Positions 15,095 to 26,309 of a stretch of DNA of 50,354 nt are shown here, piece after piece. A program made the position numbers and the translations under genes. Position 1 is the stretch's first letter. Every line of letters starts with the position of its first letter. The stretch comes from an uncultured Bacilli bacterium (GTDB taxonomy: Bacteria; Bacillota_I; Bacilli_A; RF39; UBA660). The stretch lies in assembly GCA_947627435.1 (NCBI GenBank), contig CANQWB010000005.1:1-50354 (forward strand), given 5' to 3'. Below the pieces are notes generated by a model. It had not been told where the DNA came from and made no database searches. It saw nothing but the letters and a program-made list of their open reading frames with translations.

Positions 15095-18000
15095 ATGGCT
15101 TATACAGTTAAAAAATTTGGAGATTATCGCGAAAGAAGAAACTACGCAAAAACAAAAAATGCAATTGAATTAGGTAACTTACTAGAAATTCAAAAAAAAT
15201 CATATGATTGGTTTATTCAAGAAGGAATCAAAGAAGTATTTGAAGATATTTTTCCTGTAGAGAGTTTTACAGGAAATTTAGCGTTAGAATTTGGAGATTA
15301 CTCTTTTGAAGAACCAAGATATTCAATTAAAGGATGCAAGGAAAGATATGCAACTTATGCTGCACCTTTAAAAGTAGCAGCTAGACTTTATAATCATGAA
15401 ACAGGAGAAGTCAAAGAACAAGATATTTATCTTGGTGATATGCCAATTATGACCGAATCAGGAACGTTTGTCATCAATGGTGCAGAACGTGTTATTGTTT
15501 CACAATTGGTTCGTTCACCTAGTGTTTATTTTGGAAATGAATTAGACAAGAATGGCCGTAGAGTGATTACTAGTCAAATTATACCAACACGTGGTACTTG
15601 GTTAGAATATGAATTGGATGCGAGAGATGTCATCTATGTTCGTATTGATCGTACGAGAAAAGTACCAATTACCACATTATTACGTGCTATTGGTTTATCT
15701 AGTGATCAAGATATCATGGATTTATTTGGAGAAAATAAATATATTGAAAATACAATTCATAAAGATGCAAATAAGAATACGGATGAAGCTTTAATTGATA
15801 TTCACTCTAAATTAAGACCAGGAGAACCATCTACTTTAGATAGTGCGAAAAATCAATTGATTACACGTTTCTTTGATGCTTTTCGTTATGATTTAGCACG
15901 TGTAGGACGTTATAAATTTAATCGTAAGTTAAATGTGACAGATCGTTTACTTGGATGCGTACTTGCAGAAACCATCAAAGATGGAAAAAAAGTAGTTGCA
16001 GAAAAGGGAACTGTTATTACGAAAGAAATTTTGGAAACATTAAAACCTGTATTTGAAAAAGGTTATGGTGTAAAAGAAGTGTTAATTAATCGTGAACTGG
16101 ATACTTATGACAAAGTACAAATTGTTCATGTATATTCTAAAAATAATCCAGATCAAATTATTCCTGTTATTGGAAATGATCAATCTATCAATATCAAACG
16201 TTTGACGATTTCTGATATTTATGCATCTGTTTCTTATTACTTAAATTTATTAGAAGGAATTGGAAACTATGATGAAATCGATCACTTGTCTAATCGTCGT
16301 GTTCGCCAAGTGGGTGAATTGTTACAAAATCAATTTAGAATTGGTATTAGTCGTATTGAAAGAGTTATTCGTGACCGTATGAGTACGCAAGAAGTAACAG
16401 AGGTAACTCCAAAATCACTCATCAATATTAGACCATTAACAGCTGCCATCAAAGAATTTTTTGGTAGTAGCCAATTATCACAATTTATGGATCAAACCAA
16501 CCCAGTTGCGGAACTTACAAATAAAAGAAGACTTTCTTCTTTAGGACCTGGTGGTTTATCGAGAGATCGTGCTGGAATGGAAGTACGTGATGTTAATCCA
16601 TCACATTATGGTAGACTTTGTCCTATTGAATCTCCAGAAGGACCAAATATTGGATTGATTACTTCTTTAGCAAGTTATGCAAGAGTAAATGAATATGGTT
16701 TCATTATGACTCCATATCGTAAAGTGAAAGATTCTGTATTGACAGATGAAATCGTTTATATGACAGCTGATGAAGAATTAGATTATTATATTTCACAAGC
16801 AACTGTCAAAGTAGATAGTAACAACTGTATCATAGAAGAACGTGTACCAGTTCGTTATCATGGAGATACCATTATTGTCGAAAAAGAAAAAGTAGATTAT
16901 GCGGATGTGTCTCCACAACAAGTTGTATCGATTACGACTTCTGGAATTCCATTCTTGGAACATGACGATGGAAAACGTGCTTTGATGGGTGCTAACATGC
17001 AACGTCAGGCAATTCCACTTTTGAAAGCAGAAGCCCCACTTGTTGGAACAGGTGTCGAAGCAATTGCTGCAAGAGATTCAGGAGCAGTTGTCATCGCTAA
17101 AGCAGATGGTGTAGTAGATTATGTGGATGCACGTAAAATTTTAATTAAAACAGCTGGTGGAATCGATACATACTATTTAAATGGATTTGAAGAAAGCAAC
17201 GCTGGAACTTGTTATCATCAAGTACCAATTGTCAAATTAGGTGACAAGGTGAAAAAAGATCAAGTGATTGCAGATGGTCCATCAACCGATCAAGGAGAAA
17301 TGGCTTTAGGAAAAAATGTAACTGTTGCCTTTATGAATTATAATGGGTATAACTACGAAGATGCTGTTATCTTGAATGAACGTTTGGTAAAAGACGATGT
17401 ATATACTTCAATTCATATTGAAGATTATCAAATTGAATGTCGTGATACCAAATTAGGACCAGAAGAATTTACAAGAGATATTCCAAATGTAAGTGAAGAA
17501 TCTCGTAAAAATCTAGATGAAAATGGTATTGTACGTATTGGTACCGAAGTAAAAGATGATGATATCCTAGTTGGTAAAGTTACACCAAAAGGTATGGCTG
17601 AATTAACGAGTGAAGAAAAATTATTACATGCTATTTTTGGTGAAAAAACACGTGAAGTAAGAGATACTTCGTTAAGAGTTCCACATGGTGGAGAAGGAAT
17701 TGTCCACGATGTAAAAATCTTTACAAAAGAAGATACAGATGAACTTCCAGCAGGTGTATCTAAGATTGTACGTGTGTATATTGCGCAAAAACGTAAAATC
17801 TCAGTTGGAGATAAAATGGCTGGTCGTCATGGAAACAAAGGTGTTATTTCACTTGTATTGCCAGAAGAAGATATGCCATATTTAAGCAATGGTAAACCAG
17901 TTGATATCTTATTAAATCCACTTGGTGTACCATCTCGTATGAATATTGGACAAATTTTGGAAATGCATTTAGGAATGGCTGCCAAAGAATTAGGTATTTA

Positions 18001-18706
18001 TGTTGCAACACCAGTATTTGATGGTGCAAGTAGAGCAGAAATCATCGATGCATTAAAAGAAGCTGGTTTAGACGAAGATGGAAAAGCAGTACTTTATGAT
18101 GGACGTACTGGAGAGCCTTTTGATAATCGTATCAGTGTAGGTGTTATGTATATGATTAAACTTCACCACATGGTGGATGATAAATTACATGCACGTTCTA
18201 CAGGACCTTACTCACTAGTAACACAACAACCATTAGGTGGTAAAGCACAATTTGGTGGACAACGTTTTGGAGAAATGGAAGTTTGGGCATTATATGCATA
18301 TGGTGCTGCTCATGTTCTTCAAGAAATGATCACCATTAAATCGGATGATGTAGTAGGTCGTGTGAAAGTATACGAAGCATTAGTCAAGGGACATCCAATT
18401 CCAAATTCTGGTATACCAGAAAGCTTTAGAGTACTTATTAAAGAATTCCAAGCTTTAGGATTAGATATTACAGTTTTAAATAAAGAAGGAAATTTTGTGG
18501 ATTTAAAAGAATTGGAAGAAGCCGAAGAAGAAAGTTTCTTACCAGTAGATGATATAGAATTTCCAGAAGTTCCTGAAACAGAAGTAGAAGAAGAATCTAC
18601 TACTGAAGAAGAAACAGAAGAGGAATTTTATGAAGATAGTTTAGATGATCTTACCGATGAAGATTTTCTAAATGATGAGACTGATATGGAAGGGGATGAA
18701 GACTAA
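15095..18706 (+). CDS. rpoB: DNA-directed RNA polymerase subunit beta
   Basis: Full-length conserved RpoB ([38 protein letters not shown]). It carries a ~70-aa acidic C-terminal tail. The stop overlaps the rpoC start (TAATG). Confidence 0.98.
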   Translation: MAYTVKKFGDYRERRNYAKTKNAIELGNLLEIQKKSYDWFIQEGIKEVFEDIFPVESFTGNLALEFGDYSFEEPRYSIKGCKERYATYAAPLKVAARLYNHETGEVKEQDIYLGDMPIMTESGTFVINGAERVIVSQLVRSPSVYFGNELDKNGRRVITSQIIPTRGTWLEYELDARDVIYVRIDRTRKVPITTLLRAIGLSSDQDIMDLFGENKYIENTIHKDANKNTDEALIDIHSKLRPGEPSTLDSAKNQLITRFFDAFRYDLARVGRYKFNRKLNVTDRLLGCVLAETIKDGKKVVAEKGTVITKEILETLKPVFEKGYGVKEVLINRELDTYDKVQIVHVYSKNNPDQIIPVIGNDQSINIKRLTISDIYASVSYYLNLLEGIGNYDEIDHLSNRRVRQVGELLQNQFRIGISRIERVIRDRMSTQEVTEVTPKSLINIRPLTAAIKEFFGSSQLSQFMDQTNPVAELTNKRRLSSLGPGGLSRDRAGMEVRDVNPSHYGRLCPIESPEGPNIGLITSLASYARVNEYGFIMTPYRKVKDSVLTDEIVYMTADEELDYYISQATVKVDSNNCIIEERVPVRYHGDTIIVEKEKVDYADVSPQQVVSITTSGIPFLEHDDGKRALMGANMQRQAIPLLKAEAPLVGTGVEAIAARDSGAVVIAKADGVVDYVDARKILIKTAGGIDTYYLNGFEESNAGTCYHQVPIVKLGDKVKKDQVIADGPSTDQGEMALGKNVTVAFMNYNGYNYEDAVILNERLVKDDVYTSIHIEDYQIECRDTKLGPEEFTRDIPNVSEESRKNLDENGIVRIGTEVKDDDILVGKVTPKGMAELTSEEKLLHAIFGEKTREVRDTSLRVPHGGEGIVHDVKIFTKEDTDELPAGVSKIVRVYIAQKRKISVGDKMAGRHGNKGVISLVLPEEDMPYLSNGKPVDILLNPLGVPSRMNIGQILEMHLGMAAKELGIYVATPVFDGASRAEIIDALKEAGLDEDGKAVLYDGRTGEPFDNRISVGVMYMIKLHHMVDDKLHARSTGPYSLVTQQPLGGKAQFGGQRFGEMEVWALYAYGAAHVLQEMITIKSDDVVGRVKVYEALVKGHPIPNSGIPESFRVLIKEFQALGLDITVLNKEGNFVDLKELEEAEEESFLPVDDIEFPEVPETEVEEESTTEEETEEEFYEDSLDDLTDEDFLNDETDMEGDED

Positions 18707-21700
18707 TGGATGTAAATAACTTTGAAGGGTTAAGAATCTCCATCGCTTCCCCTGAAAAAATCAGGGAATGGTCTCATGGGGAAGTAAAAAAAGCAGAAAC
18801 CATTAACTACCGTACATTAAAACCAGAACGTGATGGTTTATTCTGCGAAAAAATATTTGGACCAACTAAAGATTTCGAATGTTCTTGTGGAAAATATAAG
18901 AGACTTCGTTATAAAAATATCGTTTGTGATCGTTGTGGTGTAGAGGTCACTCGTTCTAAAGTACGTCGTGAACGTATGGGACACATTGAACTTGCAACAC
19001 CCGTATCACATATTTGGTTCTTTAAAGGAATTCCATCTCGTATGGGATTAGTGCTAGATATGTCACCAAGAGATTTAGAGGAAGTATTATACTTTGTTTC
19101 TTATGTTGTCTTGGATCCAGGACCTGCACCTTTAGAGAAAAAACAAACAATTAGTGATAAAGAATACCGTGCTTATTATGAAAAGTATGGAAATACGTTC
19201 CGTGTAGGTATGGGTGCAGAAGCAATTAAAGAATTATTAGAACAAGTGGATTTGGAAAAAGAAGTTGCTGATATTAAAGCTGAAATTGAAGAAATTAAGG
19301 ATTCTGCAAGTCAAAAACGTGTACGTTTAATCAAACGTTTAGATGTACTCAATGCTTTCTTGGAATCTGGAAACAAACCTTCTTGGATGATTTTAGATGC
19401 ACTTCCAGTGATTCCACCTGAACTTCGTCCTATGATTCAATTAGATGGTGGTCGCTTTGCTACATCTGATTTAAACGATTTATACCGTCGTGTCATCAAT
19501 CGTAATAATCGTTTGAAAAAATTGATGGAACTTGGAGCACCTTCCATTATTATTCAAAATGAAAAACGTATGTTACAAGAAGCTGTTGATGCTTTGTTTG
19601 ATAACGGTCGTCGTGGTCGTAATATCACAGGCGCAGGTAATCGTCCATTAAAATCACTTTCTAGTATGTTAAAAGGAAAGCAAGGACGTTTCCGTCAAAA
19701 CTTACTTGGAAAACGTGTCGATTATTCAGGTCGTTCTGTTATTGTCGTAGGACCAACTTTAAAAATGTATGAATGTGGTATTCCAAAAGAAATGGCACTT
19801 GAATTATTTAAACCACATGTTATCAATGGCTTAGTATCTAAAGAAATTGCTTCTAATATCAAAGCAGCAAAACGTATGATTGAAAATCAGGATGAACGTG
19901 TTTGGGATATTGTTGAAGAAAAAATTAAAGAACATCCAGTTATGTTAAACCGTGCGCCAACATTACACCGTTTGGGTATTCAAGCATTTGAACCTAAATT
20001 GATTGGTGGTCGTGCCATTCGTTTGCATCCACTGGTATGTACCGCATTCAATGCTGACTTCGATGGAGACCAAATGGCTGTCCATGTACCAATTAGTATT
20101 GAAGCACAAACAGAAGCACGTGTCCTTATGTTAGGTGCTAACAATATTCTATCTCCAAAAGATGGAAAACCTATCGTTACTCCAGGGCAAGATATGGTAT
20201 TAGGTAATTATTATTTAACCATTGAAAAAGCTGGACTTCCTGGAGAAGGTAGAGTGTTTAAAAATACAGATGAAGCATTGATGTCCTATGAAAGAAGAGA
20301 AATTACGCTTCATACTCGTATTGCTTTACCAATTCGTGGATTCAAACATAAATTATTCCCAGATTCTTATATGAATCAATATTTGGTAACTACTCCTGGT
20401 AAAATTATCTTCAATGAAATTTTCCCAGATTCATTCCAATATATCAATGAGGGAACAGATGAAAATATTGAAGGAATTACTCCTAAAAAATATTTAATTG
20501 CTCCTGGTAAAAATATTAGAGAAGAAATTGCCACAATGCCACTTGTGAAACCATTTAATAAAGGTGTATTTAGTAAGTTGATTGCGCAAATCTATAAGAG
20601 ATATCAAACAACGGAAACATCTATCATGTTGGATAAATTGAAAGATTTAGGATTTAAGTATTCTACATTATCTGGAATTTCCATTTCCATTGATGATATC
20701 AAAGAAAGTGAAAAGAAAGATGAAATCGTTGCGAAGAGTCAAGAAATGGTAGATCAAGTAAACAAACAATTTAAGCGTGGTTTAATCACTGATGAAGAAC
20801 GTTATAATAAAGTAATTGATATCTGGACGAATGCGAAAGCAGAAGTTTCTAAGGAATTGGAACAATGGGTAAAAGATAATAAAGAAAATTCTGTTTCAAT
20901 GATGATTGACTCTAAGGCTCGTGGAGATATTGGTTCTTTAACACAATTAGTAGGTATGAGAGGACTTTTCAGTAAACCAAATGGTCAATCTGAAGAAATC
21001 CCAGTATTATCTAACTTTAGTGAAGGTGTAACCATTAGTGAATTCTTCTTATCTACTCACGGTGCTCGTAAGGGTGCTGTAGATACGGCCTTAAAAACAG
21101 CAGATGCAGGATACTTAACAAGACGTTTGGTCGATGTAGCGCAAGATATTATTGTTAAAGAAAATGATTGTGGTACAGAACAAGGTGTTGTTGTAGAAGC
21201 ATTCTATAATACAGATGGTACTTTAATTGAATCTTTACAAGATCGTATTGTTGGACGTTATACCAATAAGAAAATTATCCATCCAGAAACAAAAGAAGTT
21301 ATTGCGGAACGTAATACTTATATTACAGAACAACTTGCCGATAAGATTATTCAAGCAGGTATTACCAAAGTACCAATTCGTACAGTATTAACTTGTAAGA
21401 ATGATCATGGTGTTTGTCGTTATTGTTATGGTCGCAACTTGGCAACTGGTCAAATTGTTGAGATTGGTGAAGCTGTAGGTATTATGGCTGCGCAATCTAT
21501 CGGAGAACCTGGTACACAACTTACAATGCGTAACTTTAATACTGGTGGAGTTGCTGGTGGAGACGATATTACACAAGGTCTTCCTCGTGTACAAGAGTTA
21601 TTTGAAGCACGTAATCCAAAAGGAAAAGCAACAATCTCTGAAATCAATGGTGTTGTATCTGCAATTGATGAAGAAAATGGTAAATTTGTCATTTCTGTTC

Positions 21701-22341
21701 AAAATGATGTAGAAACAAAAAAACATACTTCAAACTATGGTGCGAAGTTAGCTGTTGAAAAGGGAGAGGAAGTAAAAGCAGGACAACGTTTGACGCATGG
21801 TGCTATCAATCCAAAAGAATTGTTGATAGTAACAGATCCTATTACCGTACAACAATATATCTTACTTGAAATTCAAAAAGTTTATCGTTCTCAAGGTGTT
21901 GACGTAAGTGATAAACACGTTGAAGTTATGGCAAAACGTATGATTTCTCGTATTAAGATTGTCAATTCAGGTGATTCTTTATTCTTACCTGGAACTATGA
22001 TTAACATCAATGAATTTACAGAAGTTAATAAGAACTTGATTCTAGAAGGAAAACGCCCAGCAACTGGTCGACCAGTATTGTTAGGTATTACAAAAGCTTC
22101 TTTGGAAACAGATTCCTTCTTATCTGCAGCTTCATTCCAGGAAACTACTCGTATCTTAACCGATGCCGCAATTCATGGTAGAGTAGATCACTTGAATGGG
22201 TTAAAAGAAAATGTCATTATTGGTAAATTGATTCCTGCAGGTACTGGTGCAAGAGAATATAGAGACGTGAATTATGAATTAGAAGTACCTTATATTAAGG
22301 ATGAACCATTAGAGGCATTAGAACAAGAATTAATGGAATAA
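18706..22341 (+). CDS. rpoC: DNA-directed RNA polymerase subunit beta'
   Basis: Zn finger [23 protein letters not shown], catalytic [12 protein letters not shown] and the trigger-loop region. Confidence 0.98.
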   Translation: MDVNNFEGLRISIASPEKIREWSHGEVKKAETINYRTLKPERDGLFCEKIFGPTKDFECSCGKYKRLRYKNIVCDRCGVEVTRSKVRRERMGHIELATPVSHIWFFKGIPSRMGLVLDMSPRDLEEVLYFVSYVVLDPGPAPLEKKQTISDKEYRAYYEKYGNTFRVGMGAEAIKELLEQVDLEKEVADIKAEIEEIKDSASQKRVRLIKRLDVLNAFLESGNKPSWMILDALPVIPPELRPMIQLDGGRFATSDLNDLYRRVINRNNRLKKLMELGAPSIIIQNEKRMLQEAVDALFDNGRRGRNITGAGNRPLKSLSSMLKGKQGRFRQNLLGKRVDYSGRSVIVVGPTLKMYECGIPKEMALELFKPHVINGLVSKEIASNIKAAKRMIENQDERVWDIVEEKIKEHPVMLNRAPTLHRLGIQAFEPKLIGGRAIRLHPLVCTAFNADFDGDQMAVHVPISIEAQTEARVLMLGANNILSPKDGKPIVTPGQDMVLGNYYLTIEKAGLPGEGRVFKNTDEALMSYERREITLHTRIALPIRGFKHKLFPDSYMNQYLVTTPGKIIFNEIFPDSFQYINEGTDENIEGITPKKYLIAPGKNIREEIATMPLVKPFNKGVFSKLIAQIYKRYQTTETSIMLDKLKDLGFKYSTLSGISISIDDIKESEKKDEIVAKSQEMVDQVNKQFKRGLITDEERYNKVIDIWTNAKAEVSKELEQWVKDNKENSVSMMIDSKARGDIGSLTQLVGMRGLFSKPNGQSEEIPVLSNFSEGVTISEFFLSTHGARKGAVDTALKTADAGYLTRRLVDVAQDIIVKENDCGTEQGVVVEAFYNTDGTLIESLQDRIVGRYTNKKIIHPETKEVIAERNTYITEQLADKIIQAGITKVPIRTVLTCKNDHGVCRYCYGRNLATGQIVEIGEAVGIMAAQSIGEPGTQLTMRNFNTGGVAGGDDITQGLPRVQELFEARNPKGKATISEINGVVSAIDEENGKFVISVQNDVETKKHTSNYGAKLAVEKGEEVKAGQRLTHGAINPKELLIVTDPITVQQYILLEIQKVYRSQGVDVSDKHVEVMAKRMISRIKIVNSGDSLFLPGTMININEFTEVNKNLILEGKRPATGRPVLLGITKASLETDSFLSAASFQETTRILTDAAIHGRVDHLNGLKENVIIGKLIPAGTGAREYRDVNYELEVPYIKDEPLEALEQELME

Positions 22342-22366
22342 AAGACTGAAATTTCAGTCTTTTATT
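22341..22366 (+). terminator. Intrinsic terminator after rpoC
   Basis: Palindrome AAAGACTGAAATTTCAGTCTTT followed by a T-rich tail. Confidence 0.7.
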
Positions 22367-22389
22367 GTTGTTTACAAATTGTCATTTTC

Positions 22390-22418
22390 TTGACAAATTG
22401 TGTATAAAATACTATAAT
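22390..22418 (+). promoter_or_regulatory. Consensus sigma-A promoter of the Nudix-regulator gene
   Basis: TTGACA, 17 nt, TATAAT (exact consensus). Confidence 0.65.
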
Positions 22419-22446
22419 GTAGAGGATATGAAGGTAGGGAAGTACA

Positions 22447-23112
22447 ATGGATATAGATAAAAGATATATTAATCAAATTCAAGTCATTATTAGTATGTTT
22501 ACGATTAAAGATGGTAAATTGAAGGTATTATTATTTCGTCGTGATGAGGAACCTTTTAAAGGCTATTGGATGTTGCCTAGTAATTTATTAATGGTAAATG
22601 AAACATTAGAGGAATGTGCAAAGGCAACAATGGATGAATATATTGGTATTGATGATGTTTATTTAGAACAATGTCATTTATATAGTGAAGTTGGTAGACT
22701 TCCAAATGATCGTATTTTGGCTAGTTCTTTTATTGCTTTAGTAGATAGTAAAACATTAGAGTTAAAACGTAAAAATAGAGAATTTCATAGTGAATGGTTC
22801 CCAATTGATGAAATTCCAAAGATGGTTTATGATTATGCCAATATTGTTGAAAATGCGATTCAATTTTTGAGAAAAAGAATGTTAAGTAGTTCCATTTTGA
22901 TCCATTTATATCCAAGTGATTTTACATTACCAGAATTACAAGTATTATATGAACAGGTATTAGGAAAAATGTTGGACCGCAGAAATTTCCGTAAAAAATT
23001 TCTACATTTAGAATTGTTAGAAGATACTGGTTATAAAACGGGTGGACATAATGGTAGACCTGCAAAGTTGTATCGTTTTAAAGAAAATATAGGTGAGAAA
23101 ACACTATTCTAG
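22447..23112 (+). CDS. NrtR-like regulator (degenerate Nudix domain plus C-terminal winged helix)
   Basis: Nudix-fold N-terminus (GYWMLPSNLL...EECAKATMDEYIG) in which the RExxEE box looks degenerate. The C-terminal LDRRNFRKKF...GRPAKLYRF is typical of NrtR-type wHTH domains. Confidence 0.6.
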   Translation: MDIDKRYINQIQVIISMFTIKDGKLKVLLFRRDEEPFKGYWMLPSNLLMVNETLEECAKATMDEYIGIDDVYLEQCHLYSEVGRLPNDRILASSFIALVDSKTLELKRKNREFHSEWFPIDEIPKMVYDYANIVENAIQFLRKRMLSSSILIHLYPSDFTLPELQVLYEQVLGKMLDRRNFRKKFLHLELLEDTGYKTGGHNGRPAKLYRFKENIGEKTLF

Positions 23113-23124
23113 GTAGGTGAAACG

Positions 23125-23583
23125 ATGAATCGAAGAGGTTTTGGTTTAATTGCAATGTTGCTATTTTGTAGTTTTTTAGGTCTTTGTTTACTAACATCAT
23201 TTTATTATTATAATCAATTGATACATCCGTCTAGTGATTATAAATTGAAAAATACAAATAGTAGTAAAAATACCCATTGTATGCAAAATGATTATAGTGG
23301 TGTATCTACCGTATCTGTATCTTTGAATGAATACTATACATTAGAAAGACAATTGCAACAAGCTGCAAAGAATTATGTACAAAGTCATCCTATTATTGGT
23401 GAAAATCAGGTAGTAATTACAATGCAAACATTACAGACACAAAAAATCATAGATGTCCTCTATGATTCGAATGGATATCGTTGTAATGGTTACGTCCTAT
23501 ATCATCCTATTACGCAATTGTATACACCATATATTCGCTGTGGAACATATGCAACTGTAGATTATGTCAATCGTCTGGAATAG
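23125..23583 (+). CDS. Small membrane-anchored hypothetical protein with a degenerate pseudopilin-like N-terminus
   Basis: MNRRGFGLIAMLLFCSFLGLCLL resembles a class III signal but lacks Glu+5. The stop is embedded in terminator hairpin AATCGTC/GACGATT plus T7. Confidence 0.5.
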   Translation: MNRRGFGLIAMLLFCSFLGLCLLTSFYYYNQLIHPSSDYKLKNTNSSKNTHCMQNDYSGVSTVSVSLNEYYTLERQLQQAAKNYVQSHPIIGENQVVITMQTLQTQKIIDVLYDSNGYRCNGYVLYHPITQLYTPYIRCGTYATVDYVNRLE

Positions 23584-23684
23584 ACGATTTTTTTAATAAA
23601 ATCAAAAAATAGGATATAAAAATATACAATGAAAAAAGAAGAAAACTATAAAATACCTACTTTTTATTGTAACAAATATGGAAT

Positions 23685-23713
23685 TTGACATTCGATATAT
23701 TTTATTCTATAAT
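23685..23713 (+). promoter_or_regulatory. Consensus sigma-A promoter of the HA-repeat gene
   Basis: TTGACA (23685..23690), 17 nt, TATAAT (23708..23713). Confidence 0.65.
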
Positions 23714-23746
23714 ATGTCCATATAATTTTTAAAAGGGGGAAATTAT

Positions 23747-24802
23747 ATGAAACATGAGGATAATTGGAATTTCTATTATACCTTAGCCAAACAATTTTAT
23801 GAACAATATCATCATTTAAATATTCCATATAATTATGAAGTAACGGTTGAAGATCAAATATATAAATTAGGGGTATGGATTATTAATCAACGTAGTGCTT
23901 ATAATGGTACGATATCAACCGTATTGACAGATAATCGTATTGAAAAATTGAATCAAATTGGAATGATATGGAATCTTCATGATTATCATTGGAATTTTTA
24001 TTATGAATTGGCGAAACAATTTTATGAGCAATATCATCATTTAAATATTCCATATAATTATGAAGTAACGATTAAAGATCAAATATATAAATTAGGGGCA
24101 TGGATTATTAATCAACGTAGTGCTTATAGTGGTACGGTACCTACCATGTTGACAAATCAGTGTATTGAAAAATTAAATCAAATTGGAATGATATGGAATC
24201 TGCATGATTATCACTGGGATTTTTATTATGAATTGGCGAAACAATTTTATGAACAATATCATCATTTAAATATTCCACATAATTATGAAGTAACGATCGA
24301 AGATCAAGTATATAAATTAGGGGTATGGATCCGTAATCAACGTAATGTTTACAGTGGTACGGTATCAACAGTGCTGTCAGATAAACGTATTGAAAAATTA
24401 AATCAAATTGGAATGATATGGAATTTTTATGATTGTCACTGGGATTTTTATTATGAATTGACGAAACAATTTTATGAACAATATCATCATTTGAATATTC
24501 CATATAATTATGAAGTAACGATTGAAGGTCAAATCCACAAATTAGGGGTATGGCTTTATAGGCAACGGATTCAATATCGTGATGGACATCTTTTAAAACA
24601 TCGAATTGAACAATTAAACCAAATTCAAAAGGATTGGGATAAAGTGATTAAATCTACAGCAACAATCATTACGAAACAAACAAGTATGAAATTGAATCAT
24701 CAATTGAACAAAGTGCTATTGAAGTTTAATCCAGATGAGATATTTCATGATATACAGGATGTCAAGAATGTAGAAAAAGCTTTTGTAAAAAAATTAAAAT
24801 AA
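23747..24802 (+). CDS. Protein made of four tandem helicase-associated (HA) domain-like repeats, with no helicase core
   Basis: A 75-aa unit, W(N/D)FYYxLAKQFYEQYHHLNIPxNYEVT..DQIYKLGxWIxNQR....G.....L...RIEKLNQIGMIW, occurs four times. This W..x..F....GH..VP..../LG.W...QR pattern is the HA-domain signature. Confidence 0.65.
   Translation: MKHEDNWNFYYTLAKQFYEQYHHLNIPYNYEVTVEDQIYKLGVWIINQRSAYNGTISTVLTDNRIEKLNQIGMIWNLHDYHWNFYYELAKQFYEQYHHLNIPYNYEVTIKDQIYKLGAWIINQRSAYSGTVPTMLTNQCIEKLNQIGMIWNLHDYHWDFYYELAKQFYEQYHHLNIPHNYEVTIEDQVYKLGVWIRNQRNVYSGTVSTVLSDKRIEKLNQIGMIWNFYDCHWDFYYELTKQFYEQYHHLNIPYNYEVTIEGQIHKLGVWLYRQRIQYRDGHLLKHRIEQLNQIQKDWDKVIKSTATIITKQTSMKLNHQLNKVLLKFNPDEIFHDIQDVKNVEKAFVKKLK
23765..24664 (+). 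repeat. 4 x 225-bp in-frame tandem repeat (the last copy more diverged)
   Basis: The unit-initial TGG codons sit at 23765, 23990, 24215 and 24440, an exact 225-bp period. Long identical DNA stretches are shared between units. Confidence 0.9.
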
Positions 24803-24838
24803 AAAAGTTCTGAAATTTCAGAACTTTATTTTTTTATA

Positions 24839-24929
24839 TGGCGGAGTAGAGAGGATTTGAACCTCCGCGCCAGTTACCCGACCTACACCCTTAGCAGGGG
24901 CGCCTCTTCAGCCTCTTGAGTACTACTCC
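24839..24929 (-). tRNA. tRNA-Ser (anticodon GCT)
   Basis: Reverse complement: acceptor GGAGTAG/CTACTCC, anticodon loop CTGCTAA, long variable arm, T-loop TTCAAAT, discriminator G, encoded CCA. Length 91 nt. An upstream minus-strand promoter reads TTGACA-17-TAAAAT. Confidence 0.9.
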
Positions 24930-25078
24930 AGCACATTTACAATTTTACAAGATATTAGTGTTTCTGTCAAGATAAGAGACAAAATATTACAAAAATATTA
25001 GTTGAATCATTTAGATAGTTATTTTCTATCTAATTGTTAAAATATTTCTATCCATCAAAAAGAAGCATTATACTGCTT

Positions 25079-25942
25079 CTAGTGGTAAAGTTCATTTTTT
25101 AATTGTTCAATATTCTTGTTGAACAAAGTAATATAGTTTTCTTTTTCAGAACTTTCTTTTTCTGTTAAATTTGAAAGAGAATGTAATTCAGCAATTTTAA
25201 CAGATGTTTCTTCTACTAAAGTAGATACTGTACTATTTAAATTGTCTTGATCAAATGTAAAAATATAATGTACATCTCCACTTGCAATTAAAGATTTCAC
25301 ATCGCTAATTGTTTTTTGTGTTAAATTCGCATCTTCTTCTAAAGAAATGATTGTAAATCCATATTTTTCTAAAAATTTCCAAGCACTATTATCGACTACA
25401 ATTGTTTTATAATTGGCATTTTCACTTAATAATTTTAAATTCGCATCCATATTGGATATTTCAATTTTTAAATTTTCATAATTGGTTTCAATTTCTTCTG
25501 CAAGATAGTGGTTACTAATATATTCTAGTAATCCATTTTTAATATTGAGTGCTAACATTAAAAAATTGGATGGATCTAACCATAATTCTTCTTGATGGTC
25601 TGTTTCTTCCATACTAAGCGTAGTATCAATAATCATTAAGTGTTTATTGTATTGAAACATTTGTGCTACATAATCTTTTTCTTTCCCAAAGCCATCAAAG
25701 ATATACATATTTCCTTTACTGTAGTCTTTGATTTGTTTATCGGTTAATTCATAATCTGTAAAATTAACACCACTCGGGTAAATACTATAAATAGTACTAT
25801 GTTCTCCATACAATCTTTCTGTGATATATTTAATGGGATGTACGGTTGTATAAATGGTAATATCTTCTAGATTATCTCGCTTGATACAACCAGTCGTTCC
25901 AATGAATAAAATCATTGTGATAATATATAATATTTTTTTCAT
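25079..25942 (-). CDS. Lipoprotein, ZnuA/TroA-like (cluster A-I) solute-binding protein fold, with no adjacent ABC partners
   Basis: Lipobox LFIGTTGC. The block order is like metal SBPs (IYTTVHPIKYI..., ELWLDPSN, HYIFTF...). The start overlaps the yidD stop (ATGA). A terminator overlaps the stop (GAAGCA/TGCTTC plus T5). Confidence 0.55.
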   Translation of the reverse strand: MKKILYIITMILFIGTTGCIKRDNLEDITIYTTVHPIKYITERLYGEHSTIYSIYPSGVNFTDYELTDKQIKDYSKGNMYIFDGFGKEKDYVAQMFQYNKHLMIIDTTLSMEETDHQEELWLDPSNFLMLALNIKNGLLEYISNHYLAEEIETNYENLKIEISNMDANLKLLSENANYKTIVVDNSAWKFLEKYGFTIISLEEDANLTQKTISDVKSLIASGDVHYIFTFDQDNLNSTVSTLVEETSVKIAELHSLSNLTEKESSEKENYITLFNKNIEQLKNELYH

Positions 25943-26160
25943 TTTTTCTTCCTTTCTGGGATAGGGTCATATCCACTGGTTCCCCAAGGGTTACACCTTA
26001 ATATTCTTTTTATAGTATAAAAACTTCCTTTAATACTTCCATAAGTTTCAATTGCTTGTATACCATATTCAGAACAAGTTGGAATATGTCTACAATTTTG
26101 ATGGAAGTTACCGGGTATTTTTTGATAAATTCGAATCAATTTAATTAAGATATGCTTCAT
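25939..26160 (-). CDS. yidD: Membrane protein insertion efficiency factor YidD
   Basis: LIRIYQK...CRHIPTCSEYGIQAIETYG...RILRCNPWGTSGYDP is the YidD signature. Confidence 0.9.
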   Translation of the reverse strand: MKHILIKLIRIYQKIPGNFHQNCRHIPTCSEYGIQAIETYGSIKGSFYTIKRILRCNPWGTSGYDPIPERKKK

Positions 26161-26309
26161 ATTGACACCACTATCATTATACTAAATTCTAATAAGGTTG
26201 TAAATAAAGGAATTGGAAGATTGTATTCATTTCATTTTTGTTGATACAAATTGTTAAAACAGGTTTTCAATTTCTACAATTTTTGATATAATAAATAAAA
26301 GGTGAATGT

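Noticed and set aside
18500-18706. About 70-aa strongly acidic C-terminal extension of RpoB
   Set aside because: It is real in the sequence, but low-complexity acidic tails on RNAP subunits are common lineage-specific decorations. Nothing further can be inferred here.
22341-22366. Similarity between the rpoC terminator (AAAGACTGAAATTTCAGTCTTT) and the HA-gene terminator (AAAGTTCTGAAATTTCAGAACTTT, 24806..24829) as a possible dispersed repeat family
   Set aside because: Only the CTGAAATTTCAG core is shared. It is short, AT-rich and palindromic, so two occurrences are not enough to call a repeat element.
24141-24503. 120-aa minus-strand ORF inside the HA repeats
   Set aside because: It is an antisense frame kept open by the repeat periodicity. 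It has no RBS.
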